Source: an uncultured Hyphomicrobiales bacterium
GTDB lineage: Bacteria > Pseudomonadota > Alphaproteobacteria > Rhizobiales > Xanthobacteraceae
Reading direction: 5' to 3'
Length of the DNA stretch: 64,000 bases
Assembly (NCBI GenBank): GCA_903929045.1
Contig: CAIYTE010000147.1
Coordinates: 5,671-69,670, forward strand
Part shown: one piece after another, positions 51,796 to 63,977 of the stretch
How positions within the stretch are numbered: position 1 is the first letter of the stretch
How the letters are laid out: each line of letters begins with the position of its first letter
Position numbers and translations under genes: made by a program
Notes under the pieces: model-generated
The model's input: the letters and a program-made list of their open reading frames with translations, nothing else
What the model was told of the DNA's origin: nothing
Database searches by the model: none

Positions 51796-52722
51796 TTAGT
51801 GCGACAGGACCTCGACGCAGGCGCTGCGCATGACTCTCTGCTTTCGCAACGGAAAATCCGGGAAGAACTTAAGCCCACTCAAGTCTTCGATCGTGGCCAA
51901 CCCCACGTTGTGGGCGCGAATGTATTCGACGCCGTTTTTGTAGTTTCCGGTGTGGCTTTCATTCTGCAACAACACCGAGAAGGCGGACTTCGTTTTTGGA
52001 TTGTAGACAACCTTGAACATGGCCGCCGGCACCGCCACGCCGGATTCGCATTGGGCATTCTTCTTGCCGTGATTTTCAGGACAGATCGACGCGGGTTTGA
52101 CGACCGGAATTTCGAGTTCGCTGCGGCAGATGTCGTTGCGGATCTTAATCGGCTTGCCGTCCTGAAAGATCGATCCGGTGATGACGTAGATCTCCGAGCG
52201 ATTGTCGCCGACGAGTCCGCGGAGCCGCGTCTCCAACGTGCGCCAGATGCTGCGGTTGAATCCGACGCCGACCTGCGGCACCGAATTTGACAGGAAGAAC
52301 GTATCGTCGAGAAATTCCTGTTTGCCGGAAAAGTCGGCAGCGGCGGCATTGTGACCCTGATCGAAGCCGAGGCCGTTGCCGTCGTAGTCAGCGGTCGTGG
52401 CGCGGCCTTTTGCCGGCACCTTGTCATCCTCGGAGAAAGACTGGTTCTCGCGGGTCGCCTTGCCCTTCACCAGCGCGGGAGTGAGTTTTTCGATCACCCA
52501 GCTCGGCGCCTTCCGGCTGTTATTGTTGCCGGTGATATAGCCGAGGTGACAAACGGTCGTGATGTCTTCGCCCGGCGTCTTCGGGAGACCTACTTCCTTC
52601 CAGATATCGCTGCAGTTTTCGGGATCGTTCTCCGGGTGGTTCTGGGCCAGGACGCGCCCGGGCAGGACGGCGAGCGACAACAAGGCAATGGCGAGGCTGC
52701 GCGCAAGGACATTCATGGTCAT
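51796..52722 (-). CDS. Exported DNA/RNA non-specific endonuclease (NucA/EndoG family)
   Basis: Signal peptide; DQGH (DRGH variant), TFFLSNSVPQ..GFNRSIW..LE, VPAAMFKV. Confidence 0.9.
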   Translation of the reverse strand: MTMNVLARSLAIALLSLAVLPGRVLAQNHPENDPENCSDIWKEVGLPKTPGEDITTVCHLGYITGNNNSRKAPSWVIEKLTPALVKGKATRENQSFSEDDKVPAKGRATTADYDGNGLGFDQGHNAAAADFSGKQEFLDDTFFLSNSVPQVGVGFNRSIWRTLETRLRGLVGDNRSEIYVITGSIFQDGKPIKIRNDICRSELEIPVVKPASICPENHGKKNAQCESGVAVPAAMFKVVYNPKTKSAFSVLLQNESHTGNYKNGVEYIRAHNVGLATIEDLSGLKFFPDFPLRKQRVMRSACVEVLSH

Positions 52723-52728
52723 AGGTTC

Positions 52729-54907
<2,179 letters not shown>

Positions 54908-54912
54908 TAACT

Positions 54913-55024
54913 CCGCTCATTCCCGCGCAAGCGGGAATCCAGTTCTTGGGCTTAGCGCTGGTCCCCGCCATAGGCGTTCTGGAAGAACGCCGTCCTTTGG
55001 ACGGCCATGCGCGGGGACGAGCGG
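54913..55024. repeat. Palindromic REP-like element with 41-bp nested insert (54969-55009)
   Basis: CCGCTCATTCCCGCGCAAGCGGGAATCCAG ... GCGGGGACGAGCGG. Confidence 0.85.
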
Positions 55025-55062
55025 CTGGGGCGAATCGCTTCTTCCTCCGCTAATCTCGCGGC

Positions 55063-56058
55063 ATGATTCGCCGCCTGCTTGCGACAATTCCCGTCATCGC
55101 CCTGTTGTTGACGCCCGCTCTGGCTCAGGAGCGCGTGACCGTCGGCACGCAGCGGCTGGCCAACAGCGGCGCTTTGTTCCTCGCCGCGGCGAACGGCTAT
55201 TTCAAAGCCGAGGGCCTCGACATCGAGATGACGGCCTATGCGACGCCGCAATTGGTCGTCGAGTCGCTGGCGGGCGGTTCGACCGATTTCGCGGTCGCGG
55301 CCTTTACGGGTGCTGCGTTCAATCTGGCCGGCAAGGGCGCGATCAAGGGGATCGCCGCGCAGGTGCGCGAGAAGCGCGATTACGAAGGCAACGAACTCAT
55401 CGCTTCCAACGCAGCCTATGCCAAGGGTCTGCAGAAGCCGGCCGATCTCGCCAACAAGTCGTTCGCCATGGGCGAGGTCGGGTCACTCTATCACTATCAA
55501 CTCGGACAAATTGCGCGCGTCAAGAAATTCGACGCCGGCAGCGTGCTGCTCAAGCCGGGCGCGTCGCTCGACGTCATGGCGCGTCAGGTCGCGACCGGCG
55601 AAGCCGACGCGACGATCCTGCCGGCGCCCTATGCCCGCGAATTGCTAACCGCCAACCAGGCCAAGCTCGTCGCCTGGGTGTCGGAAATCGACGAGACGCA
55701 ACTCGGCGCGCTGTTTGCGTCGGCAAAGATGTTGGCGAAGCGCGACACCGTCGAGAAATTCCTGCGCGCCTATCGCAAGGGCGCGGCCGACTACGCGGCT
55801 GGGCTCATGCGCAATGATCGCTACGGCAAACGTCTGATCGACGCGAAATCCGGCCCCGTCGCCGCGGCGATTGCGCGTTACGTCTATCCGAACCGTGCCG
55901 ACGGCGCGGCACTGGTGGAAGCCGGCGTCTATTACATGGAGCCGCAGGCCAAGCTCGACGCCGCCGACATCGAACGGCAGGTAGAATGGTACAAGTCGCA
56001 AAGCCTGATCGACAGCACTGTGACAGCGGGCAACGTGATGGATTCAAGTTTTAAATAA
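55063..56058 (+). CDS. Orphan ABC substrate-binding protein (NMT1/THI5, SsuA-like)
   Basis: Signal peptide; LFLAAANGYFKAEGLDIE. Confidence 0.88.
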   Translation: MIRRLLATIPVIALLLTPALAQERVTVGTQRLANSGALFLAAANGYFKAEGLDIEMTAYATPQLVVESLAGGSTDFAVAAFTGAAFNLAGKGAIKGIAAQVREKRDYEGNELIASNAAYAKGLQKPADLANKSFAMGEVGSLYHYQLGQIARVKKFDAGSVLLKPGASLDVMARQVATGEADATILPAPYARELLTANQAKLVAWVSEIDETQLGALFASAKMLAKRDTVEKFLRAYRKGAADYAAGLMRNDRYGKRLIDAKSGPVAAAIARYVYPNRADGAALVEAGVYYMEPQAKLDAADIERQVEWYKSQSLIDSTVTAGNVMDSSFK

Positions 56059-56177
56059 TTTTGCACTGCGGTGAATTAGCGCGAAATCGTCCTTGCCAGA
56101 TTTCATATTCGGGCAGACGATATCTGAACGGGCCGGTTCACGAGGTCCATCTCCCGGCCCAGCTAGGGAGGTTGCCG

Positions 56178-58250
56178 ATGAACGAAAAGCTTGGCGCTGT
56201 TCCTAACGCGATAAAAGCGAGGGGCTCCCGGTGTATTGCGCTGGTGGGCCCCTTCCAGAGCGGTAAGACAACACTCCTTGAAGCCATCCTCGCGCGCACC
56301 GGCGCGATCGCGCGGCAGGGTCTGGTCGATCACGGCACCTCGGTCGGCGACGCCAGCAAGGAAGCGCGTCACCACAAGATGAGTGTCGAGGCGACCTTCG
56401 CCACGACCACCTTTATGGACGAGAGCTACACTTTTATCGATTGCCCCGGCTCCATCGAATTCATTCACGACATGCGCAGCGTGCTGCCGGCGGTCGACGC
56501 CGCCGTCGTGGTCTGCGAAGCCGACGACAAGAAGGTGCCGCAGCTTCAGCTGATCCTGCGCGAACTCGAAGACCAGAACATTCCGCACTTTCTGTTCCTC
56601 AACAAGATCGACAAGGCGGACCGGCGCGTGCGCGAGACGCTGAAGCTGTTGCAGCCGGCGTCGCGTGTGCCGTTGCTGCTGCGGCAGATTCCGATCTGGA
56701 AGAACGAGATCGTCGCCGGCTTTGTCGATCTCGCGCTGGAGCGGGCCTTTGTCTACAAGGAGCACGCCGCCTCCGAAATCGTCGCGCTCGATGGCGAAGA
56801 TCGCTCGCGCGAAAAGGAAGCGCGCTTCTCCATGCTGGAGACGCTGGCCGATCACGACGACGAACTGATGGAGCAGTTGCTCGAGGACATCGAGCCTCCG
56901 CGCGCCAAGATCTTCGACGACCTCGCCAAGGAATTGCGCGAGCGCATTGTCTGTCCGGTGCTGCTCGGTTGCGCCACGCGCGCGAACGGCGTGCTGCGGC
57001 TGTTGAAGGCGCTGCGGCATGAGGCGCCGGGCATCGCGGAGACGGCGGCGCGGCTCGGCGTCAAGCACGGCTATGACGCGGTGGCGCTGGTGCTCAAGAC
57101 GTTCCACACCCAGCACGGTGGTAAGATGTCGATGGTCCGGCTGCTGACGGGCGCCGCCGGTGACGGCACGACCTTCTCGACGCCCACGACCGAAGTGGGC
57201 CGCATCTCCGGCGTCTTCAACGCCATGGGTTTGAACTTCACCAAACGCGGGGAGGCTTCCGCCGGCGATACCGTTGCGTTTGGCAAGCTGGAATCCGCCA
57301 AGACCGGCGACACCTTGTCGTCCGGCCGGCAGGCGCGGAAAGCGATCCCGAAAGCCGTTCCCTATCCGCCGGTGCTGGCGATGGCGGTGCAGGCCAAGGA
57401 GCGCAAGGACGACGTCAAGCTCGGCGTCGCCTTCACCAAGCTGACCGAGGAAGATCCGTCGCTGCGCGTCGATCACAACACCGAAAGCCATGAGATCGTG
57501 ATCTGGGGGCAGGGTGAGATGCATCTGCGCGTCGCCACCGAGCGGCTCGCCGACCGCTACAGCGTGCCGGTGACCTCACGCCCGCCGGCCGTCGGTTATC
57601 GCGAAACCATCCGCAAGCCGGTCACCTTGCGTGGACGGCACAAGAAACAGTCAGGCGGTCATGGTGCGTTCGGCGATGTCGTGCTCGAGATCAAGCCGCT
57701 GCCAAGGTCTGCCGGTTTTAAGTTCGAGGACCGCATTGTCGGCGGCGTCGTGCCGCGCAACTACATTCCGGCGGTGAAAGAGGGCGTGCAGGACGCGCTC
57801 AAGCACGGGCCGCTCGGCTTTCCGGTGGTCGACGTCACGGTCGCGCTGACCGATGGCTCGTATCACACGGTCGACTCCTCCGACATGGCGTTCCGCATTG
57901 CCGGGCGCACGGCGATGGTGGAAGGGCTGCCGCAATGTCAGCCGGTGCTGCTGGAGCCGATCTATCTGGTCGAGATCGTGTGTCCGAGCGATGCCACGGC
58001 GAAGATCAACGCCATTTTGTCCGGGCGGCGTGGTCACATCCTCGGCTTCGACACCCGCGAGGGCTGGGACGGTTGGGACACGGTGCGCGCGCAGATGGCG
58101 GAGGCGGAAATCGGCGACCTCATCGTCGAGGTGCGTTCGGCGACCGCCGGCGTCGGCTCGTTCACCTATACGTTCGACCACATGGCGGAACTGACGGGCC
58201 GCACGGCGGACCAGATCGTGGCGGCGAGAAAGAACGCGGCGGCGGCTTGA
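56178..58250 (+). CDS. Elongation factor G paralogue (EF-G2 type)
   Basis: Five-domain EF-G: GPFQSGKTT, DCPG, NKID, GQGEMHL, HKKQSGGHG, DGSYH.VDSS. Confidence 0.93.
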   Translation: MNEKLGAVPNAIKARGSRCIALVGPFQSGKTTLLEAILARTGAIARQGLVDHGTSVGDASKEARHHKMSVEATFATTTFMDESYTFIDCPGSIEFIHDMRSVLPAVDAAVVVCEADDKKVPQLQLILRELEDQNIPHFLFLNKIDKADRRVRETLKLLQPASRVPLLLRQIPIWKNEIVAGFVDLALERAFVYKEHAASEIVALDGEDRSREKEARFSMLETLADHDDELMEQLLEDIEPPRAKIFDDLAKELRERIVCPVLLGCATRANGVLRLLKALRHEAPGIAETAARLGVKHGYDAVALVLKTFHTQHGGKMSMVRLLTGAAGDGTTFSTPTTEVGRISGVFNAMGLNFTKRGEASAGDTVAFGKLESAKTGDTLSSGRQARKAIPKAVPYPPVLAMAVQAKERKDDVKLGVAFTKLTEEDPSLRVDHNTESHEIVIWGQGEMHLRVATERLADRYSVPVTSRPPAVGYRETIRKPVTLRGRHKKQSGGHGAFGDVVLEIKPLPRSAGFKFEDRIVGGVVPRNYIPAVKEGVQDALKHGPLGFPVVDVTVALTDGSYHTVDSSDMAFRIAGRTAMVEGLPQCQPVLLEPIYLVEIVCPSDATAKINAILSGRRGHILGFDTREGWDGWDTVRAQMAEAEIGDLIVEVRSATAGVGSFTYTFDHMAELTGRTADQIVAARKNAAAA

Positions 58251-58251
58251 T

Positions 58252-58420
58252 TTCCCTCACCCGCGAAGCGCGGGGAGGGTGGCGAGCCATAAGCGCGTTG
58301 ACGCGCGTCTGCAACGCGCTATGGCGAGCCGGGTGGGGGCTGCCGCGGTGCAGCTGCTTTTAAAAAGGCCCCCACCCCAGACCCCTCCCCACACTCGCAA
58401 GCGCTCGCGGGGGAGGGGAA
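58252..58420. repeat. Palindromic REP-like element (CCCTCCCC family) with 36-bp nested insert (58288-58323)
   Basis: TTCCCTC...GAGGGGAA termini, inner GGGTGGGG/CCCCACCC. Confidence 0.85.
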
Positions 58421-58503
58421 TAATCCCGTGACCTGTTCGTGACTTGCCTGTGATCCGGCGGCACCGTAGTTCTGGCGGGCCGTATCCGGAGGGATTCGCA
58501 ACC

Positions 58504-59475
58504 ATGAATGTCATTCGCCGACGGGGCTGGGAGATCGCTGACCGCGACCTCACCCCCGAACACACTTTCTTTAATCGCCGCAGCTTTCTCGCCGGCTCGG
58601 CCAGCGCTTTGGCGCTTGCACCGGGTGTCGCGTTGGCGCAACGCGCCAGCGACGCCGCCAATTTGCCGGACCCCACGTCCGATCTCTATCCGGCCAAGCG
58701 CAACGAAAAATTCGTGCTCGACCGCCCGGTCACCGACGAGAAGATCAATTCCAACTACAACAACTTCTACGAATTCGGTTCGCAGAAGACGATCGGATCG
58801 TCGGCGCAGGTGCTGCGCACGCGGCCGTGGATGGTGAAGATCGACGGTCTCGTCGAAAAGCCGATCGAGATCGGCATCGACGAGCTCATCCGCAAGATGA
58901 CCATCGAAGAGCGCGCCTATCGCCATCGCTGCGTCGAAGCGTGGAGCATGGCGATCGCCTGGAGCGGTTTCCCGGTACGCAAGCTGGTCGATTTCGCGAA
59001 GCCATTGGGCTCGGCGAAATATTTGCGCATGGAAACCTTCATGGATCCAAAGATGGCGTTTGGGCAGAAGCAGAGCTGGTATCCGTGGCCTTATGTCGAA
59101 GGTCTCAGCATGGCGGAAGCGACCAACGATCTCGCCTTCCTCGCCACCGGCGCTTACGGCCATCCGATCGCCAAGCAGATGGGCGCGCCGCTGCGCCTCG
59201 CCGTGCCGTGGAAGTATGGTTTCAAATCGGTGAAGTCGATCGTACGCTTCTCTTTCGTCGAGCAGCGGCCGAAAGGCATGTGGGAAGCCTTGCAGGCGTC
59301 GGAGTACGGCTTCTGGGCCAATGTGAACCCGGAAGTCCCGCATCCGCGCTGGAGCCAGGCCAGCGAGGAAATCATCGGTACGGGCGAACGCAAGCCGACA
59401 CTGAAGTTCAACGGTTATGGCGACTATGTCGCCGATATCTACACCGGTATGGAAGCAGAGCGGTTGTGGGCCTAG
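58504..59475 (+). CDS. msrP: Protein-methionine-sulfoxide reductase catalytic subunit (Mo enzyme)
   Basis: NRRSFL Tat; YNNFYEFG, HRCVEAWSM, GAPLRLAVPWKYGFKS, HPRWSQA. Confidence 0.96.
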   Translation: MNVIRRRGWEIADRDLTPEHTFFNRRSFLAGSASALALAPGVALAQRASDAANLPDPTSDLYPAKRNEKFVLDRPVTDEKINSNYNNFYEFGSQKTIGSSAQVLRTRPWMVKIDGLVEKPIEIGIDELIRKMTIEERAYRHRCVEAWSMAIAWSGFPVRKLVDFAKPLGSAKYLRMETFMDPKMAFGQKQSWYPWPYVEGLSMAEATNDLAFLATGAYGHPIAKQMGAPLRLAVPWKYGFKSVKSIVRFSFVEQRPKGMWEALQASEYGFWANVNPEVPHPRWSQASEEIIGTGERKPTLKFNGYGDYVADIYTGMEAERLWA

Positions 59476-59521
59476 CGCCGCCGCAGCGCACAATCGAAAC
59501 TTGAAGCGGCGTGCGTTTTAA

Positions 59522-59546
59522 GGAACTGCCAGCCTCGGATTGGGTT
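59522..59546 (+). promoter_or_regulatory. Possible EcfG-type promoter of the DUF2189 gene
   Basis: GGAAC-N16-GGTT. Confidence 0.45.
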
Positions 59547-59653
59547 AGACTAAACCCGTCCGAGGCTCGTGGCATGACCCGTGAGTCGCTTGAGACCCAC
59601 GTCGCCAATCGCGCCCACGAGCCCCTGAGCTCAACCGCTTCAGGAGGCTACGC

Positions 59654-60538
59654 ATGGCTTACTCCCACGTTCTGCTCGGCGCCGAGAGTGCATCGACCCA
59701 TGTCGGTGTGCGGACCATCACGATGCGCGACCTCGGTTACGCATTGCGTCAGGGTTTCGCGGACTTCAATGCGATGCCGACACACGCCATCTTTCTGTGC
59801 CTGATTTATCCGATCATCGGCATGGTCGCGGCGCGGCTGGCCTTCGGTTATTCGGTGCTGCCGCTGATCTATCCATTGGCGACAGGCTTTGCGCTGGTCG
59901 GCCCCTTCGCGGCTCTGGGCTTGTATGAACTCAGCCGCCGCCGGGAGGCGGGCGAGAACGCGTCGATCTCGCACAGTTTCGACGTGCTGCGATCGTCCTC
60001 GTTCGGCTCGATCGTCGCGCTGGGCCTCGTGCTGCTGACGGTGTTCGGCCTCTGGATGGCGGTGGCGAACGCCATCTACATCGCGACCTTCGGCTATGCC
60101 GATCCGGTCTCCATGACGCAGTTCGCGCATGATGTGCTCACCACCTCGCAGGGCTGGGCGTTGGTCGTGCTCGGAAACGGCGTCGGGCTCATCTTCGCAG
60201 TGACGGTGTTGGCCATCGGTGCGATGTCGTTCCCGCTGCTGGTGGACCGCGATGTCGGCGCCGCCGTGGCGCTGATGACGTCGGTCCAGGTTGTGCTGAA
60301 AAATCCGGCGACCATGGCCGCCTGGGGCCTGATCGTCGCGGCGCTGCTGTTCGTCGGTTCGATCCCGTTCTTCCTCGGCCTCACGGTCGTGGTGCCGGTG
60401 CTCGGCCATGCCACCTGGCATCTGTACCGCAGGGCGGTCGATCCCGAGGCCAGCCCGCGGCCGGAGCTGCGGCCGGAGCCGTCGGAGAAGCGCTACGCCG
60501 CCGATTTCCCAGCGAACCTGTTCACCTGGCTGAAATAA
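59654..60538 (+). CDS. DUF2189 membrane protein
   Basis: GFALVGPFAALGLYELSRRRE, PVLGHATWHLYR; AGGAGG SD. Confidence 0.88.
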   Translation: MAYSHVLLGAESASTHVGVRTITMRDLGYALRQGFADFNAMPTHAIFLCLIYPIIGMVAARLAFGYSVLPLIYPLATGFALVGPFAALGLYELSRRREAGENASISHSFDVLRSSSFGSIVALGLVLLTVFGLWMAVANAIYIATFGYADPVSMTQFAHDVLTTSQGWALVVLGNGVGLIFAVTVLAIGAMSFPLLVDRDVGAAVALMTSVQVVLKNPATMAAWGLIVAALLFVGSIPFFLGLTVVVPVLGHATWHLYRRAVDPEASPRPELRPEPSEKRYAADFPANLFTWLK

Positions 60539-60641
60539 ACGGCGCAAATAAAAGCGCCGCTGGACCAACATCGCCGCGCAGGGCCTCTACCGCCTTGCGC
60601 GGCGGCTTCTTATGTCGCGGGGAATGCCACAGGAGGCTTCC

Positions 60642-61157
60642 TTGCGATTTGTTCTGGCCTGTCTTGCCGCCGCTTTTCTTGTCGTCAGCGCCGCCCCGTC
60701 GCACGCGGCGGACGAGCCGGACCTCATCTTCAAGCGTTCCACCGTTTTCAAGTGGCTGACGCCGAACGACAAGCTCGCGACCTATGGTCTGGACGATCCG
60801 GAAGTGGAGGGCGTGGCTTGCCACTTCACCGTGCCGGAGCGCGGCGGCTTCAAGGGCTGGATCGGCGTCGCCGAGGAAGTGTCCGACATTTCACTCGCCT
60901 GCCGTCAGATCGGGCCAATCAAGTTCAAGAACAAGTTCGAGCAGGGCGAGGATGTCTTCCGTCAGCGCCGCTCGCTGTTCTTCAAGAAGATGCAGATTGT
61001 CCGTGGCTGCGATGTGAAACGCAACGTGCTGGTCTACATGGTCTATAGCGACCGCATCATCGAAGGCTCGCCGAAGAACTCGACGTCGAGCGTGCCGATC
61101 ATGCCGTGGGGTGCCGACGCCGCCATCCAGAAATGCGCCGATTTCGTCCAAAAATAG
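60642..61157 (+). CDS. CreA-family exported protein
   Basis: AGGAGG SD then TTG; DDPEVEGVAC, SLACRQIGPI, SLFFK, GSPKNSTS. Confidence 0.88.
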   Translation: MRFVLACLAAAFLVVSAAPSHAADEPDLIFKRSTVFKWLTPNDKLATYGLDDPEVEGVACHFTVPERGGFKGWIGVAEEVSDISLACRQIGPIKFKNKFEQGEDVFRQRRSLFFKKMQIVRGCDVKRNVLVYMVYSDRIIEGSPKNSTSSVPIMPWGADAAIQKCADFVQK

Positions 61158-61193
61158 GCTAGGCTTGAGAGCAGGGGTCTAGAGGAGCACGTC

Positions 61194-61778
61194 ATGTCGT
61201 CCAATCAGCCGGATTTCGAAAAGATTCAGAGCGCCGTCGCCAACGCGCTGCATCAGCATTGGAAGCTCTATCTCGTCGAGGGCATCGTCTTGGTGGTGCT
61301 CGGCCTCTTGGCCGCGGTCGTATCGCCGCCGCTGGCGACGCTTGCCGTGACCATCATGGTCGGTTGGCTGTTTCTGGTCAGCGGCGTCGTCGGCCTGTTC
61401 ACGACCTTCATGATGCGCAACGCGCCGGGCTTCTGGTGGGCTCTAATTTCGGCAGCGCTCGCCGTGCTCGCCGGCGGTGTGCTTTTGGCGCAGCCGGTGC
61501 AGGGCGCGCTGACGCTGACATACGTCCTGATCGCCTTCTTCATCATCGAAGGCGTCGCCAGCATCATGTTCGCGCTCGATCACCGCCGCGAATTGTCGGG
61601 CCGCTGGGGCTTCATGCTGGTCAGCGGCATCGTCGATCTGGTGCTGGCGGTCATGATCCTCGCCGGCCTGCCGAGCACGGCGGCCTGGGCCATCGGCCTG
61701 CTCGTCGGCATCAACATGATGTTCGGCGGCGTCGCGCTGATCGGCATGGCGCTGCACGCGAGGGACAGCGCTGCTTAA
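61194..61778 (+). CDS. HdeD/DUF308 membrane protein
   Basis: 6 TM, duplicated W...GI...LG units, WAIGLLVGIN. Confidence 0.88.
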   Translation: MSSNQPDFEKIQSAVANALHQHWKLYLVEGIVLVVLGLLAAVVSPPLATLAVTIMVGWLFLVSGVVGLFTTFMMRNAPGFWWALISAALAVLAGGVLLAQPVQGALTLTYVLIAFFIIEGVASIMFALDHRRELSGRWGFMLVSGIVDLVLAVMILAGLPSTAAWAIGLLVGINMMFGGVALIGMALHARDSAA

Positions 61779-61872
61779 CCGTCATCCTGAGGTGCGCGCT
61801 CTTGCGCGCCTCGAAGGATGAACGGCCCGTCGCCCTTCGAGGCTCGCTTGCGCTCGCTCCTCAGGGTGACGG
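61779..61872. repeat. Palindromic REP-like element (CATCCTGAGG family)
   Basis: CCGTCATCCTGAGG ... CCTCAGGGTGACGG between convergent genes. Confidence 0.85.
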
Positions 61873-61875
61873 GAG

Positions 61876-63408
61876 CTAAGGCTGCGTCTCTCCGGCTTCG
61901 GCTTCCGCCAAAGTCTGGCGCCAGTCCTTCTTCTTCATGACGAAGCTGACCGCGGACATGATCAGCAGGATGGCGCAGATCGCGAGCAGCGACAGCGCGA
62001 TCGGCCGGGTGAAGAAGATCAGATAATCGCCGTTCGACATGATCAGCGACTGCCGCAGGCTCTGCTCGAACAAAGGCGCGATGACGAGACCGAGCACCAG
62101 CGGCGCCGGATCGAAGTTGAACTTGCGCAGCGCGTAGCCCAACAGACCCATGATCAGCATGATCCAGACGTCGACGATGGAGTGGCTCACCTCGTAGACG
62201 CCGACGATGCAGAACATGATGATCAGCGGATAGAGATAGGCGTAGGGAATCCGCAGCACGCTGACGAACAGGCCGACCAGTGGCAGGTTCAGCAGCAACA
62301 GCATCAGATTACCGACATACATCGAGGCGACGAAGCCCCAGAACACGTCCGGATGCTCGGTGACGAGCTGCGGGCCGGCGTTGACGCCGTGCACCATCAG
62401 CGCGCCGATCAGCACCGCGGTGATGGGGCCGGTCGGGATGCCGAGCGCCAGCATCGGCACGAAAGCGCCAGTTGAAGCGGAGTTATTCGCGGATTCAGGT
62501 CCGGCGACGCCGGCGACGGCGCCCTTGCCGAATTCTTCCGGATGCTTCGACAGCTTCTTTTCCAGCGCATACGACAGGAAGCTCGAAATGATGTGCGCCG
62601 AGCCGGGGATGATGCCGATGATGAAACCGAGCACCGTGCCGCGCGCGATCGGCCAGGAGGCTTCTTTCCATTCCTGACGGTTCGGCAGCAATTCGCGGAA
62701 TTTCGGCGCGATGACTTCGCCGACCACCTTGTGGCTCGGCGTCGACAGGATTTCGCCGAGACCGAACAAGCCGACTGCGACCGGCACGATGCCGATGCCA
62801 TCGCCGAGTTCGGGCAGGTCGAAGGCGTAGCGGAAGTGGCCGGTCATGTTGTCGATGCCGATCATGCCGAGCAACAGGCCGATGCAGGCCATTAGCAGCG
62901 TGCGCACCAGCGAGGTCGACGACATATAGGCGAGGAAGATGAGGCCGAGGATCAGCAGCGCGGTGTATTCCGGCGGGCCGAATTTCAGCGCGATGATGGC
63001 GAGCGGCGGCGCCACGATGGTCAGCATGATGACGCCGAACGTGCCGGCGACCCACGAGCCGACGGCGGCGATGCAGAGCGCGGAGCCGGCGCGGCCTTTG
63101 CGCGCCATGGCATTGCCGTCGATACACGTCATCACCGACGACGCTTCGCCCGGGATGCGCATCAGGATCGACGTGGTCGAGCCGCCATATTGCGAGCCGT
63201 AATAGATGCCGGCGAGCATGATGACGGCTTGCGTGGCGTTGAGGCCGAAGGTCACCGGCAGCAGAATCGAAATGCCGGATAGCGGGCCGATGCCCGGCAG
63301 CACACCGACGAGCGTGCCGACGAGGCAGCCGAGAAAGGCGTACCAGAGATTGTCGGGCTGGAAGGCGACGGCAAATCCGTGGGCGAGACTGAGCAGGGTG
63401 GTTTCCAC
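61876..63408 (-). CDS. tctA: Tripartite tricarboxylate transporter large subunit
   Basis: GVLPGIG, YGGSTTSIL..PGE, GPESANN, LALGIP. Confidence 0.95.
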   Translation of the reverse strand: METTLLSLAHGFAVAFQPDNLWYAFLGCLVGTLVGVLPGIGPLSGISILLPVTFGLNATQAVIMLAGIYYGSQYGGSTTSILMRIPGEASSVMTCIDGNAMARKGRAGSALCIAAVGSWVAGTFGVIMLTIVAPPLAIIALKFGPPEYTALLILGLIFLAYMSSTSLVRTLLMACIGLLLGMIGIDNMTGHFRYAFDLPELGDGIGIVPVAVGLFGLGEILSTPSHKVVGEVIAPKFRELLPNRQEWKEASWPIARGTVLGFIIGIIPGSAHIISSFLSYALEKKLSKHPEEFGKGAVAGVAGPESANNSASTGAFVPMLALGIPTGPITAVLIGALMVHGVNAGPQLVTEHPDVFWGFVASMYVGNLMLLLLNLPLVGLFVSVLRIPYAYLYPLIIMFCIVGVYEVSHSIVDVWIMLIMGLLGYALRKFNFDPAPLVLGLVIAPLFEQSLRQSLIMSNGDYLIFFTRPIALSLLAICAILLIMSAVSFVMKKKDWRQTLAEAEAGETQP

Positions 63409-63414
63409 GGGCGA

Positions 63415-63861
63415 TTATCCTAACCAGCTGAATTCAGGCAACGGCGTCTTGAGGCCGTAGACGAACGACACGTAGGTCAGCAGCACGATGCCGAGGCTGT
63501 AGGCAACGGCGCGGATCGGGTTCTGCCGTTCGATGATCAGCAGCAGCGCGATCATCATCACGCTCATCGTCACGATGAAACCGAACTGGGCGTAGAAATA
63601 GATGGCGATGGCGCTGATGATCGTCACCAGCAGCGCGTGCTTGCCGCCGCTCCAGTCGACTTCCGACACCGCAGGGCTTTCGCCGGCGCGCAACGCCAGC
63701 AGCAGGCCGAACAAAATTGTGAAACCAGCGGTAATCTTGGGCAGGAAGCCGGAGCCCGGCATCGACAATTGTCCGGTCGGCAGGTCGCCGCTCAGCGCAA
63801 AGATGCCAAGACCGAACAGGATAAATGCAGCACCGGCGATGTGATCGGCACGCAGCTTCAT
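63415..63861 (-). CDS. tctB: Tripartite tricarboxylate transporter small subunit
   Basis: 4 TM, PGSGFLP, LKTPLP; directly upstream of tctA. Confidence 0.9.
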   Translation of the reverse strand: MKLRADHIAGAAFILFGLGIFALSGDLPTGQLSMPGSGFLPKITAGFTILFGLLLALRAGESPAVSEVDWSGGKHALLVTIISAIAIYFYAQFGFIVTMSVMMIALLLIIERQNPIRAVAYSLGIVLLTYVSFVYGLKTPLPEFSWLG

Positions 63862-63977
63862 ACCTTGGACTCATACAACTGGGGGGCTTTGCGCCGTGGC
63901 GCCGCCACCTGACAAATTTCCGGCGACTGTAGTGGCGTCCCCGCGCAGCACAAGCTCCGCGGAGACGCCGTTTAAAC

